Assembly: GCA_010093995.1 (NCBI GenBank)
Contig: ML992509.1
Coordinates: 1,139,850-1,203,849, forward strand
Origin: Elsinoe ampelina
Lineage: Eukaryota
DNA: 64,000 nucleotides
Direction of reading: 5' to 3'
In this document: positions 1 to 13,444 of the stretch, one piece after another
How the letters are laid out: each line of letters begins with the position of its first letter
Numbering within the stretch: the first letter of the stretch is position 1
Position numbers and translations under genes: made by a program
The notes under the pieces: generated by a model
Seen by the model: only the letters and a program-made list of their open reading frames with translations
Told to the model about the DNA's origin: nothing
Databases searched by the model: none

Positions 1-287
1 TGCCTATTACGTTAGCTAGTTATAGTACTCTATAGCTTATTCCTTGCTATCCTCGATTATTACGACAGGTGCGTCCTACTATAGTAGTACTACGAAGAGT
101 AGGGGCGTCTTAATAGAGAGTATAATATGCTTATTAATACCTGTGTTATATTACTACACTATAATTATGCCTTTCTACTAACATTCTAGCTGTTAAAGGG
201 GGCTCTAGTTCCTATATCTACGTGTTTATATAGGTCTTTTACTCTACGCAAGTTAAATTACTAGGTATTTATCTAGCTAGAGAAACG
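1..287 (-). mobile_element. RIP-degraded LINE (Tad1-like) ORF2 fragment, linker between RT and RNase H
   Basis: The minus strand, after reverting RIP (TpA to CpA/TpG), reads approximately ETPLPFVAPPWWDAPVVTIEDSKEQAIEHHN. This is the PPW motif that precedes RNase H in fungal LINEs. It continues off the window edge. Confidence 0.55.
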
Positions 288-750
288 TGTTACGAACTAG
301 TAGGACAGCTAGAACGCGGGGACGTTAGGACTAATTAAGCTACCGAGATTATTACGTGACCTAGCCCGACGTTTACCTAGTTCTCTATCTTCTCTAGTAG
401 CTCTACCCTAGGGACTATAGAGCACGTAGGTTACCGGCGGACATATACTCTATATTGCCTCCGACTCTCGCTATAGAGCATATAGAGTACATAGAGTACG
501 TAGTAAAGAACATATATATATAGGAGTAGTCCTTACCTTATGTAAGTACTATAGTTAACCTTGTCTAGATAGCGAACACTAGTATTACTAAGGCTAGCCT
601 TTATAATACTATCTAATTATACTTTATTATCTATAAGACATACCTTCTCCAACTCTTACCTTAGTACTATACTACTATAGAAGTAGAACTACCTCGTTCT
701 TAGCTTAGCTTAGACTACTAGCGTAAGCTATATTTAGACGGTTTATAACA
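288..750 (+). repeat. 5' LTR of Gypsy copy 1 (463 bp)
   Basis: TGTTACGAAC...GTTTATAACA; homologous to 6799-7263 and, in reverse, to 41970-42432 and 48531-48993. Confidence 0.95.
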
Positions 751-3700
751 TTTTAACTACTCTTACTATAGCATAGCACGCTACGAGGTTAATAAGTAAC
801 TCTTGCTCTAAGTTATTATTAGTATCTTTAATCGCTAGTAAGCTAGGAAAGCTTACTATTAACGACATGTCTACTACTAGTTTAACCTCGGGCAAATATA
901 GAAGGTCTTTTAGTATAGAAGGACAAAGCAAGCCTAAGTTAGAGGTAGAACTCTTCTATAGGGACTATACCTACTTAAGGCGCTTTCTTATTTAACTTAA
1001 AGCCTTCTTCGCCCTAGAGGGGGACAAGTACGTAAACGACGTAGCAAAGGTCCTCTATACCGAGATACACCTTAAAGGCGCTACCTTCGGGTGGTTCGAG
1101 CCTTATATAAGTAGCTACCTAGATAGATAACTAGGCCTAGATATAAAGGCTATCTTTAAGAGCTTTAACATCTTTTAGGCAAAGATTAAACAAGTCTTTA
1201 ACGTATCTAATAAGGAACGCGTCGCCGCGACGAAGATCTAACAATTATAATAACGTAGGTCTATAGCCTAGTACTATTCCTAGTTCTAATAACTCGTAAT
1301 GTACCTAGACTAGGACGATAGTGCTAAACACTTAGTATTCTACTAAGGACTAAGTAACTCGGTCAAAGACTAAATAATACCTAAGCTACCTAATAGCCTT
1401 TAGAAACTAGTAGACACTACAATTGCTATCGATAATAGACTTTATAAACGACATATAGAACGTCGTAGAGGATATAAGGTAAATACTAGATATATACGTT
1501 TCTCTCGAAACTATAGAGACTCTATAGAACTTAATGCTATATACGAAGGCTACCTCTTATAGATACGAGGCTATAGCCGTAGAGGAAAGTTCCTTAGTAG
1601 AAAAGAGAGAGAGAAGTATAGACGAGATAATCTATGTTTTAAGTGTAAAAGACCTAGGCATCGAGCTAGGGACTACCGACAAGGGGCGCTAGCTAATAGA
1701 TTATATATAATAGTTACTAGGCTAGTAGAAAAAAAGGCTAACACTACTATAGAAGACCTAACGACCTTTAGCGTAGGTAAGGAAACATAGAAGGAGTCTA
1801 TAATAACTCGAGAGGTAGTAGAATCCTCTCTAGATGTTATACTTAATATCTCTACGACTAATAGCAAATAATAAAGCTAACACGTAACGCTATTATAGAT
1901 AGCATATTATAATAACTCTTGTTATATTTACTTATTAGACAAGTAGGGATCTAGTTAGTTCCTATATAAGCTATCTAAGCGTAGGTAACTAACGAAATAG
2001 CTAGACTAGAAACCCGACCTAGAAGAGCTCCCTATAATTAGTAGTAATAGTAACTAACCTTAGAAGGTAGTTAGCGACAATTACTAATATACGATTATCG
2101 AGACAAAGTATTAGGACGTAAGTGCTATATAATAACATAGTAGCCTTACCTTTAGCTCTTATAGCGAACTATAAGAAAAGGTATATCATGTGTCGCTCTA
2201 GAAATATATAAATCTAGATTGCGAATAGTACTATACTATCTACTTATACGATATACTTAGAGAAGATACTATTAGTCTTAAATATACTACGGACTTCTCG
2301 GTAATCGAAATAGGTAGTACTATTCCCTATAGCTAAGTAAGAGAATATACTTAGTATAGCCTTACTAACTGTAACTATACTAGGGGTAGTAGCGACGAAG
2401 AGGAATATAACGAAGAATACACCGAACAACTATAATATAATAACATAGATAAGAACTTATCTAATAACAATAATAACGACGACGATATACTACTACTAGG
2501 CGGACGACTTAAAGCATACCTTATAGGGATATAGAGGAATTATATAATAATATACACCTACTACTAGAATAGGACACAACAAGACGAATCTATATAACCT
2601 ATTTTTGTCTTTAATACTAACGCCTAGCTATACCTAGAAGAAATAGTTATACTAATATAGGTGTGTAACACTACTTAGTGCAACTAGTAGAGAATTATTA
2701 GACTTTATAGTTACTAAGGGACTTAGGCGCTAGAAGTTTACCTTACTATATTAAATAGCGACAAAACACGACTTACCTAATAGATATAGAACTAATAGTA
2801 GATACGTGTAGAAAGAGATTAGCTACTTATCTAAGGAGCTATAATAACAAAAAACTAGCTAGTTATCGCCTAATAAGGCAAGATAACAACACTAGCTAAA
2901 GCCTTAATATAATAAAGATCTATATATTAAACTACTTTATACTAGAAGTCGAAATATAAGAGAGTAAGGTAAGAGCAATAATAGATTTAGGAGCTAACTA
3001 TAGCTACGTCTCTATAATAGTTACTAATAGGCTTAAACCTTATTAACACTAGAAGGAGTTACCTTACCTACTTACTATAGTAGATAGAACCCCTATAGAG
3101 AAGGACAGGAAAGTTACTTAGGAACTATAAAACGTTATAATTAAAATCGAAACATATATAGAAAAACGATCGATTAATATAGTAGACATATAGTATAATA
3201 TAGTACTTAGTATAGACTAGCTATAACAATATAACCTAGACGTAGACTAGATTAAAGGAACACTTAAATTCTCTAAGTATAATTATAAAACGTAGGGAGC
3301 ACGATTAGCTCCGCGGATACTAACTATAAGAATAGTATAGGTACAACTAATAGTTAGAGCTATCGCTAGCGTAAGCGATTAAGTACTTCCGCCGGAATAT
3401 AAAGACTTTAAGGACTTATTTAAAGAAAAGAAAGGCATCGCGGCCTTACTCTAACATAAACTATAGAATTATAAAATACCTTTTAAAGAAGGTAAATCCC
3501 TAATACACTATTAAGGTCTTATACTACTATCGAAATAAGAGAAGAATGTCCTTAAGAACTACATCGACAAGTACTTACTTAAAGGATTTATATAACTATT
3601 AAAATTACCTATTACGCACGGAGTGCTTTTTACACCTAAAAAGGATAGGACGTTACGAATATATATTAATTACTAGAAACTTAATACACTTACTAGAAAG

Positions 3701-6199
3701 AATTGCTATTCCCTACTAAGGATTAACGAACTTTAAGACTAACTACTTAGAGCTAAATAGTTTACTATAATTGACATTAGGGACGCCTATTATTAAGTAT
3801 AAATAAAGGAGAGTAAGGAGTAGAAGATAGCTTTTAGAATGTAATAGGGTCTATATAAGTACCTCGTTATACTCTTTAGGTTAACTAATACTCCCGTAAC
3901 CTTCTAAGAGTTAATTAATAATACTCTACGAGAATACCTTAATAACTTTATCTTAGCATATTTAGACAATATTATTATTTTCTTAAAGATGTATAATAAA
4001 CATATAAGACATGTTTGTAAAGTACTATAGAAACTAAAAGAGAAAGACCTACTAGTAAAACTCTCTAAGTACAAGTTCTATAAGTATAAGATACAATTTC
4101 TAGACTATATTATATCTACTAATAGTATCGGACCTAATCTAAGGAAGATTAAGTTAGTAAATAACTAGCTAGAACCTATAATAGTTAAGGAGGTTTAAGC
4201 GCTACTAGAGTTCTTTAACTACTACTATAAGTTTATTAAAGGATTCTCTAAGGTAGCTACGCTAATATCTAACCTTACGAAAAAGAAAACTAGCTTTATC
4301 TTTAATAAGAGATGTAGGTAGGCCTTTAAGAAGCTAAAGCTTAGACTTATAATAGTACCTATCCTAGTACTCTTTAACCTAGACCGATAAGTACTACTAG
4401 AAATAGATACCTTAGACTTTACGATAGAAGTATATCTAGCGTAGAAGGACGTAGAAGAACAACGCTACCTAATTATATACTACTTACGAAAAATAACTAG
4501 ACCTAAACTTAACTATAATATATACAATAAGGAATTACTTGCAATTATAGAAGTATTCCGCGAATAAAGAGTATACCTAGAAGGGACAACCTTACCTATA
4601 TAAGTCTATACTAACTATAAGAACCTTCTATATTAGACAACAACTAAGGTTCTTAATAGACAATAGGTTTAATAGTTAGAAACACTTATAAGCTATAACT
4701 TCTAGATCTACTATGTTAAGTAATTAGAGAATAGTAGAGTAGACGCTCTTAGCTACTAGCCGGATTACTTAAAAAATATAACAATAATAGAAGCCTCTAT
4801 ACTAAAGTAGCAGGACAGCGCTTTAGTCTATAAGCACCCGAAGGTAGAGTAGTTATATAGCCTTACCTAGGAGCTTATATAAGAACAGAAAAAAGAAGTT
4901 ATTTAAATATACTATAATAACCTAATAGTAGAACATAGCGGGATTAATAAGACTATTAAACTTATTATATAAAACTACCTTTAGAAAAGACTCTAAAACG
5001 ATATTAAGACGTATGTCGCTATATATAATACATGCTATAAGTCTAAACACTCTTAACATAAACTATATAGCCTACTATAACCCTTACTACCACTAGACAA
5101 ACTATAGCAATTAGTTACGATAGACTTTATAGAACCTCTACCGCTATTAGAAGAACTCCTTACAGGTGCAAAGTACAATAGTATTCTAGTTCTAGTAGAT
5201 AGATTTACGAAGTATTACTATTTCGTACTATATAAGACAATAGTAACTACCGAGGATATAGCCTTTGCCTTTCTCTAAACAATTGTTTTATAACATAGAG
5301 TACTACGAGACCTAATAACTAACAGGGATAAGCTATTTACGTTATAATTCTAGTAATCATTTATAGACCTACTAGGAGTTAAATATAAGCTATTAACCTC
5401 CTTTTACCTATAAATAGACAGATAAACTAAACGGGTAAATCAAGTACTAGAGTAGTACCTACGCTACTACCTAAACTATAAGTAAGACTTATAGGTAACA
5501 CTATTACTACTCGTAGAGCTTGCTATTAATAATAGAAAGTTAGCAAATAGAGTTTTACTATTCTATATAAACTATAAAATACACTCGGATCTATACTATA
5601 ATATACTCGGAATTACACGACTAGCTATACTAAGATATAGCATTTATATTATAAAGAATAGTAGGGTTTACTAACCGGAAGAGAATTATAGGACTAATTC
5701 TATAGGAGGGGGAGAAGGTTTACCTCCTTAGTAAAAACATTAAAACGAAACAACCGAGTAAGAAACTTAACTATACTAAACTAAGACCCTTTAAGATCCT
5801 AGAAAAGAAAAATAAAAACGTATATAAACTAGAACTACCTAGATATATAAGGATCTACCTAGTCTTTTATATATTACTATTAGAGAAAGCACTATAGGAC
5901 GTAGTACCTAGACCTATTAAACTAGATAAAGAAATATAGGAGCTACGATATAAGATTAAAAGGGTTTTACGTTATAAATTTATAAGGGAAAAACGTTACT
6001 ATCTTATCTACTAGAAAGGACATTAGTATAGTAAGACAATATAGGAACTAGAGAAACACCTTACCTTATAAGTAATCCTAGATTACTAAACTAAAAACCT
6101 ATCCTAAGTAAACTAACTAGGTAGGCTAGACACTACTAACACTAAACAAAAACAAGAACGCCTAAAGAAGACTACTTAGCTAATAGAAGTACTCTAATC

Positions 6200-6724
6200 G
6201 TCGCTAAACAAGGAACTCTAATTAGAGTTAGGCATAAATAATTACTAATCCTATAGTAGGACAGGATCCACCGACAATAGTATTTCCTCTTACTCTAGAA
6301 CTTAAATACGAGTTTCCTCTAGGGAAATTACTTTCTTTACCTTATTCTCTAGTTTCTATATTACTTCGCGTAGGTAAAGCTTATCGCCTATAGCTCTTTA
6401 ATAAGCCTCTTTTGCCTTTTTATAAGCTTCTTTAGCTTCCTTTCTAGTAGCCTTAGCTATAACTAATTCCTTTCGTAAACAAATATACTTAGACTAGAGA
6501 CGCTACTATTCTAATTTTGTTACCTAAATATTATAACTCGAGTAGTTACTTACAATATACTAGCTATAGATACCTAACTAAATATAGACCTTATAGTCTA
6601 GCCCCTTCGATTTACAACAAGAATAAGCCTATAGTATATTAGTTCTAAATAGTTTAATAAACTCTAAGAGATTCTTTCGTATAGATATACTAGATTTACT
6701 ATGCCTTTAACAACTAGGAGGCAT
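6200..6724 (-). pseudogene. Extra antisense ORF in Gypsy 3' region (Cys-cluster plus coiled coil), RIP-destroyed
   Basis: ATG at 6724. The reading frame is colinear with copy 2 (42507 onward, + strand). RIP reversion gives a CSRC-x6-C...CGQC-x4-CSGC pattern followed by an A/E/K-rich helix. The 3' end is approximate. Confidence 0.55.
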
Positions 6725-6798
6725 ATTTAGTATATAGCGTATAAAGACGAAGAAGGATACTTACTTATTAGGACAACTCGATTAAAGGAGAAGAGTAA

Positions 6799-7263
6799 TA
6801 TTATAAACTAGTAGGATAAGCTAGAGCGTAGAGATGTTAGGACCAATTAAACTACTAAGGTTATTACGTAACCTAGTCTAATATTTACTTAGTTCTCTAT
6901 CTTCTCTAGTAGCTCTACTCTAGAAACTATAGAGCGTATAGGATTACTAGCGGACATGTACTCTATCTTCTCTAGTAGCTCTACTACGGAGTATATAGAG
7001 CATATAGAGTACGTAGTAAAGAACACATATATATAGGAATAGTTCTTACCTTATATAAGTACTATAGTTAACCTTGTCTAGATAGCGAACACTAGTATTA
7101 CTAAGGCTGGCCTTTATAATACTATCTAATTGTACTTTATTATCTATAAGATATACCTTCTCTAACTCTTACCTTAGTACTATACTACTATAGAAGTAGA
7201 ACTACCTTATTCTTAGCTTAGCTTAGACTACTAACATAGGCTGTATTTAGACAGTTCGTGACA
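6799..7263 (+). repeat. 3' LTR of Gypsy copy 1 (465 bp, variant type)
   Basis: TATTATAAACTAG (RIP form of TGTTACGAACTAG)...GTTCGTGACA. It carries an internal duplication of CTCTATCTTCTCTAGTAGCTCTAC that the other three LTRs lack. Confidence 0.95.
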
Positions 7264-10200
7264 CATTCTTAGCTTATTAAAGTTATTAAAAGCGCCGGAG
7301 ATGTCGGTATAGAGTAGAGTAGTAATAGAGTTATTAGAGTCCTTAAAGGCGACATGTATTTATTCGAGTAGGAGGTAGAGCGTGTATTCCGTGCCGTTTT
7401 TATAGCGTTCTCTAATATATGTTTATAGCAACAGTTAATGTGTCTCGACCTAATAGGAGAGGCAGGTTGCTACTACTAGTTCTATAACCTTACTAAGCGT
7501 CTTAAGTAGCGCTATAGGCCGGTACGCCTTTAGAATAGTATAGTTGCTTTTACCTAGCTTTCGGAGTACTACTATTAGTAATTCCTTCTAGATCCTCGAA
7601 TAATATTCTAATGTTAAATACTAGTTTATTACTCGTGTAAGTAGAGAGGCAATTAGCTCCTTTACCTACTAGATAGCTCTATATAGGATACTATCTATAC
7701 CTAGTACCTTATTTAGTTTAGTCTTCGCAATTGTATAGAGTACTTCCCTAAGTGTAATAGGCTTAAGAGATACTCGGGGGAGATACGTTATGTCGTCTAT
7801 CTACTCTCCTACGTTAGGGAGGGTAGGGAAGAAGCTATCCTTAAGTATTCTTACTTTTGCCTCTAGCTCCTTTACTATTCTCTCTCTTATGTTATGTAAC
7901 GTAGGTATAAACCCTCCGGCTTTCTAACTACGCGTCCTAACCTACTAGTTTAGCTTCTAAATTGTATCTACATTCTCTATATACTATTAGATAGCCTCCT
8001 AGTATAGCTTTATTAGCTCTCTCTTAAGCTCTTTTACTTTTCTATTCCTTACGAATCTATAGTTCTCCTAGTTATTAGAATCTCTTATCTATTACTAGCG
8101 CCGATAGAGGCGTTCTACCCGGCGGATAATTTCCTTATACTCTAGAGTAAATCTCGGCCTTATAAAGGGTATAATCTAGGTCTCCGGGACAGTGTTCTCC
8201 GCTGCTGCCTAAAACGCGCTCTCGACTCTCTATAAGAGCGATTCGACATTCTATAGCCTAATCCGGCGCTAGTATTCTTAGGGAAGTAGTAAATGCTTTT
8301 ATAGCTCCTTAAGAAACTTCTCTAGTTTAGCCTTCTTCTAGCTCTATTATATACGTATAGAAGGGGAAGGTAGCTAGAGCCTTAACGTAGTTAAAATTAG
8401 CCTATAGTCGATATTCTAGTCTATATTATTATAGATAATATAGCTCTCGAGTCTCTACTAGGTTTGCTACGTATATAGGGTAAGGTCGATAGTTATAAAT
8501 TTATCCCTCTTATTCTATATAATTTTACTACGTCGGACTAGATTGTCTATTAGGTGCCTATCTATTAGCTGTTTTATGTGCCGGCCGGCCTAGTCGGCAG
8601 TAATGCTATCTCCGCTCTATAGCGAGTAGTAGGCGTTAAAGTCCCTAACTATAAGGTGTTTAGTAGCAAAGTCGAGGTATTAGTCTAGTTCTTCGAGAGA
8701 GTATAGGCTATCTCTATAACGGTACACATTATAGATCTAGATAGAGTAATCTATACCTCCTTCTTTAAATCGTATCTAAAGGGATTAGACTCTATCTATC
8801 CTATTATATACTATCTAGTTCGCTACCGGAATTAACTTATATATAAAAAGGCATACTATAGGCTTATCTACCGGAGAGAGAATTATTTTATAGTATCCGA
8901 GTTATAGGTAGTACGTAGTTATAGAATCCCTATATAGATTAAGCTATAGCTCCTAGACGGTAATAATCGAGTAGTAAAGGTTCTATTAGTTCCTAAATAG
9001 CTTAGCTATTGCTACGCGTAACTTTCTTATATTATACTATAATATTATAAGGTTTAGGTGTACCCTTATTAACTAGCGTTAGTAGCTAGGCTCCCTATCG
9101 GTGTTAGGACATATATTAGTAGTGCTAAGTAAGTATTATAGTTATTTATAGCTAATCTTCGGGACGTACTATTAGTAGTAGATAAGGAGTATATAGAGCT
9201 CTCTTCTTCTATTATTCTAGCGTCGAGATTAGCGTACTTCTATTAATAAAGTAACTTCTTTAATAAGCCGTTGTTATTAGCTTACGTTATTACTACCCTA
9301 AGGCTCCTTACTAGTCGTTTATCCCCGGCTCTTACTTCCCTTTATAGTAGTAGCTAAGTCGCTACTAGCCTTAGGTTCTTAATGTCTATATAGTTCTTCT
9401 ACACCTTAATCTTCTTTCCTGTCTAGTGTATTATAGACTATGCCCTATAGTTAGCCGAGACTTCTATTAGTATATTTCTCCTCCTTACTATAGTTACCTT
9501 ATCTAGCGCCTATATCTTTTATACTCTACTTATATATAATTTTATAGGGATCCTTAGAGTAGCTACCTTTACTGTTTTTAGTCTTATAGTAAGGTCTAGC
9601 TCTAAATTGCCTAATTTGTCGATTGTTATTACTATTAGTTCCGTTCCTATACTAGTTAATAGCGTAGTTAGCGTAGAGGAGAGAGAGGAGTAGTTTAAGG
9701 GAGAAGTATATGTCGGCTAAAAGAAGAGAGAGTTAGCTTTCTACTACAATATATATGCTACCTCTTTCTGTCTATATAGGTAGCTTAGGTGCTAGGTAAC
9801 GTATTTACCTTTATAGGAGAAGTACTTAACTTAGCTCTCCTTTAGGTAAGAGAGGCCTTTACTATATACTTCTCTATAGGTGCTATAAAGCTAAAGTTCT
9901 TCCGTGTAGAATGTGCTAATATAGTTATAATTCTAGTATTAGAAGTACTATTAGAGCCTATAGTTACAATTGTATTAGACTATTAGGAGGTACTCTCCCT
10001 TCTACCTTAATTACTATTAAATAAGTATATTAGCTATCTCTAGAGATTTATATTTAATAACGATTAAGCCTTGTTTCTAGTTCTTCTTTAGCTACTTAAG
10101 CTAGCCTATAAATACGACTCTTAGGCTAGGGACATTTATAGTATTTATATTAGTAATTTCTCTTTTTATTCGTAGCTATAGGTAGAAATAACTGTCTATA

Positions 10201-11100
10201 ATAGAGAAACTATAGAATACTACTCTAAAGGTGTTAATATGTACTCTCGCGTCTTTCTCTACTATAGCTATCTATCTTATGTCTTTTTTAGTACGGTCTT
10301 TCTTCTCTACTATTTCTATAATAACTTTAATGTTGCCTAATCTAAGCTATTAAGCAGCTACGACGCGTAGTAGTTCCTAATCTCTATTAGTTCTAATTGT
10401 CTAATTAATAGCGCCTTAGAGTATTATTCTCTATTTCTATGCTATACGTCTTATAGCCTAGATAGGCGTAGTTAGCTTTAGTATTTTAACTATTAGGCGC
10501 CTTTCTATAGAGTATAACGTCTCTATCCTTTAACTAGATAGCGTAATATAGAAGCTTAGTAGAGTAGTAGCGGAGGATATATTTGTTTTAGTAACTTTAG
10601 CCTATATCTACCTATTCTATTTCTTAATAGCCTTATAGTAGGTAGTACTACTACTACTATCTTAGAATATTATACCCTTATTATAGTATACGCTTTTAAC
10701 TACGGCAGCGACTTTCTTTACCTTAGTGCTAGTTTCCTAGGACGTAACAACGAGCTAGTTAAGCTTTGTGTTTATAGCCTAGAGGTTAGGCCTAGCTATT
10801 ACTTTGTTTAAGAGGTTATTAATGTTATTTAAGAAGCCTATAAGCTTTAATAGCGGCATTAACTTCTTGTAGGACTCTAAAAGGGCTGTTACTAATGCAA
10901 TTACGGTCCTGATAATAATTGCGTGCTTGTGTGTGGAAGGTGCAGAATCTGTTAATTTTAGCTAAGCCGGACCTACCGACAGCGGCGACGACAGCGCCAT
11001 AATCAATCCGGTATTAAAAGATGCAGATGATCAAGGCGTGTCGATTGCCGATGAAATGACGCGTGTGGCGATGATATTCGTTGAGTTATTCCAAGAATAA
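7264..11100 (-). mobile_element. Tad1-like LINE (ORF1 with Zn knuckles; ORF2 AP endonuclease plus start of RT), RIP-inactivated
   Basis: Minus strand after RIP reversion: ORF1 ATG ~11000 with CCHC knuckles ~9770-9960; endonuclease motifs LQYN, IQEPW (~8940) and GDFNAHHSLW (~8620-8650); RT motifs KAYRPIALL (~7510) and DISGAFD (~7290), cut at the Gypsy LTR. The 5' boundary is approximate. Confidence 0.9.
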
Positions 11101-11478
11101 GATCTGAGCAAAAAGTGGTGTTTTTCAGGACTGCCTCCGATGCTGAATGAAGTCGACCCGCGGCAGGACTTCGGCAATGCTCGCGACATCATCATGGTAC
11201 ATACAGGAGGACATGTATTTTATTGTCATCAGATTCATCTATGGATATATAATCTGCATCCTGCCTACAGCTACGCGCTGAGATTGGCAGTCCAATTGGC
11301 AATTTCGTCGAACTAGAAAGACGATGGATGATGACCCGTGTCACTCCGTCGTGTGCATCTGTGGTGATTTGATCAGAGAATCACTGCACATCTTGCGGAC
11401 AGCAGACTACACATGTTCAACAGGATCCTGAATGCACCAGCTCCTTGCAAATCAAAGCGCACAGCTGCCATTAGGTTG

Positions 11479-12200
11479 TCAATCTTCGCCTTTTCTCTCT
11501 CTTTGCCACGCAGTCATGAGCTGAACAAGGTCATGCCTGCCATCCATCTTTGCATAGTCAAAGGCATCTCTATCGTCCCAGCGATTCCGTGTAGTCGGAT
11601 CCGCGCCCCTCTGTAAGAGGAACTCGACCATTGCAGTACCATCTTCCAAAGTAGCCATGGTGCGTACGGCGTAGTTTAGTGGAGTCCCATAGTATTCGGG
11701 CAGTGGTTGATCGACCGGAGTATCGAGAGCATTCACGCTAATTCCCATCTCATCGAGCAGGTAAGTCACGGTCTCGATGGAAGCTCTTGCAGCTGCCCAG
11801 TGCAGCGTCCGAAGTCCCATAGGGGCTCCTCTCGCCTGGAGAAGCTTGAACATGCCAAGGCTACATCTCCCAGCGATGCCATCCAGCAGAGGCGGATCAT
11901 GCTGGAGCGGTCGCCCTATTGCCTTGCTTGGATCGGCGCCATGAGCCAGCCATCGCAAGAGCGCCTCGTCGTAGCCAACATTTTGGAGTATCGACGGTCT
12001 GCAGTCGCCTTCATTTGGCGTATTGATGTCCCACCCACGAGACACGAGCCATTAGAGCAGCTCTAGGGCCTCTCTGGGTGCAGTATGTATTGCTCGTCCG
12101 ACTGTGCGATGGTGCGAAAGATCACGCTCCCTCCCTCTCTCGCCTGCATGCACCTCGGATTGCATGATCACAGAATGCTAGTCGGCGGACGACCTGGTCG
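11479..12200 (-). pseudogene. Ankyrin-repeat protein, probably pseudogenised at its 5' end
   Basis: ORF 11479-12045 has ankyrin repeats (TLHWAAARASIETVTYLL; GTPLNYAV...MVEFLLQRGADP). The frame extends upstream as ALELL*WLVSRGWDIN, with an in-frame TAA (plausibly from CAA) and no ATG after it until M57 of the ORF. Confidence 0.65.
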
Positions 12201-12479
12201 GAAGACCTACCAGCAAGGCTGCTGTGTCATTCCCGCCTACGACCCGCTGGCGAGACTGGTAGTAACTTCTCGATGGGATCTATGCTGCCACAGAGCGCAT
12301 GTCGAGACACTGGATGATTTGTGATTGCTTGTTCGGGATGGATCAAGTAGTAATTGTCACATGTCATGCGTCGTAATTTTTACCTACCAGAATCAATACT
12401 TTTTACATCTGCTCAACCCCCGATGTGCCAATTCCCTGCCCGACCTGGTAGGACCCTCCTCTGCAAATCCTACCAGGCT

Positions 12480-13444
12480 TTACAAATTAAACAGCTTCCT
12501 CAACTCAGCGGCTGTATCATCCGGGCTCTTGACACTGTGCCCCACCGTGCGAGAGTCCTGGAAGATCTCCCAGTCGTTGCCGCCCTCGTAGCACTTGTCG
12601 CCAAAGAAGTGTATTGTGGTATAATCCACGCCACCTGGTAGTTTCTTTTCGTTTTCCACGTGCTGTAGAGCATAGGTTTTGTCCCAACCTCTCGGGAAGA
12701 CGTCAAAGGAAATCTGACCGCCAATAGAGTAGCTGTCGGGTGTCAGTCAGCGCAAATCCTACCAGAACATTGGCACTGGTAGTGAACTCACGTTAGGCCT
12801 GCGTCCGGGAAAGCCTTTTTGATGTCCGCCACAAACTTCTTCCTGATACCATGTTCCAGATCAAACTTCTCGTACTCGTTCCTCTCCTCTATGCTCGCGT
12901 TCCTGCCGATTGGGCTGACGTTGATCATGCCGTTCCTGAACTCAATGAATGTGCCCCTCTTCTTCGGAATGTCGAGGTCCGCAATGTAATGTAGGATGAA
13001 TTTGACTAGCTCTTGGTACTTCTTCTCGCCGATCCATTGGATGAAGGAGGAGGATGCGAGGGGAACACCCATGCGGTATGCGGTGAGACCATTCTCGGCG
13101 AAGCAGAAGTCGAAGAGGGAGGTTACAGGTATCGAGGGCTTGCCTAGCTGTTCTTGCTGCTTGACGAGGTCGGATCCACCTACGAAACCAATTGCGACTT
13201 TGTGACGGAGTTGAGAAAGGAGTTCGAGCATTTCAGGGGAGACAGTCTATGAATAGTCAAGACATGATCGATTTGTATAGACATGTGCGCGAGCTCGATA
13301 CCGAGTCGCGATCGAAGACTTGCTCCTTGATCCACTTACCTGCCTCGCGGGCGTGAGTGTGCCATCGACGTCGAAGAGACAGATGGTGTTCTTGACGGGG
13401 CGACGGTCCAGTGCTGGAATGACTGCGGCCGCTGCAGCTGCCAT
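12480..13444 (-). CDS. SEC53: Phosphomannomutase (HAD family), 3 exons
   Basis: [62 protein letters not shown] introns ~13247-13339 and ~12734-12791. Confidence 0.97.

Larger units (their letters stand above)
288..7263 (+). mobile_element. Ty3/Gypsy chromovirus-type LTR retrotransposon, RIP-inactivated (copy 1)
   Basis: LTRs at 288-750 and 6799-7263; purine tract AAAGGAGAAGAGTAA before the 3' LTR. Recognisable after RIP reversion: gag CCHC (~1630-1680), protease IDSGA-like (~2980), RT AYLD(D)I (~3955), integrase with GPF (~5780) and chromodomain YYLIHWKG..TWEP (~5940-6065). Dense TAA/TAG stops. No matching TSD (AAACG vs CATTC). Confidence 0.95.

Noticed and set aside
470..500. Short tandem ATAGAGYA repeats in the Gypsy LTRs as a CRISPR-like array
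   Set aside because: These are 9-bp LTR-internal repeats without spacers, in a eukaryotic context.
743..2429. Short minus-strand ORFs (743-931, 1673-1867, 2244-2429)
   Set aside because: They are chance antisense frames inside RIP-mutated Gypsy gag and have no recognisable motifs.
1..11000. Abundant in-frame TAA/TAG suggesting stop-codon reassignment or an organellar insert
   Set aside because: C-to-T/G-to-A RIP explains it: the changes differ between the two Gypsy copies, and the neighbouring nuclear genes use the standard code.
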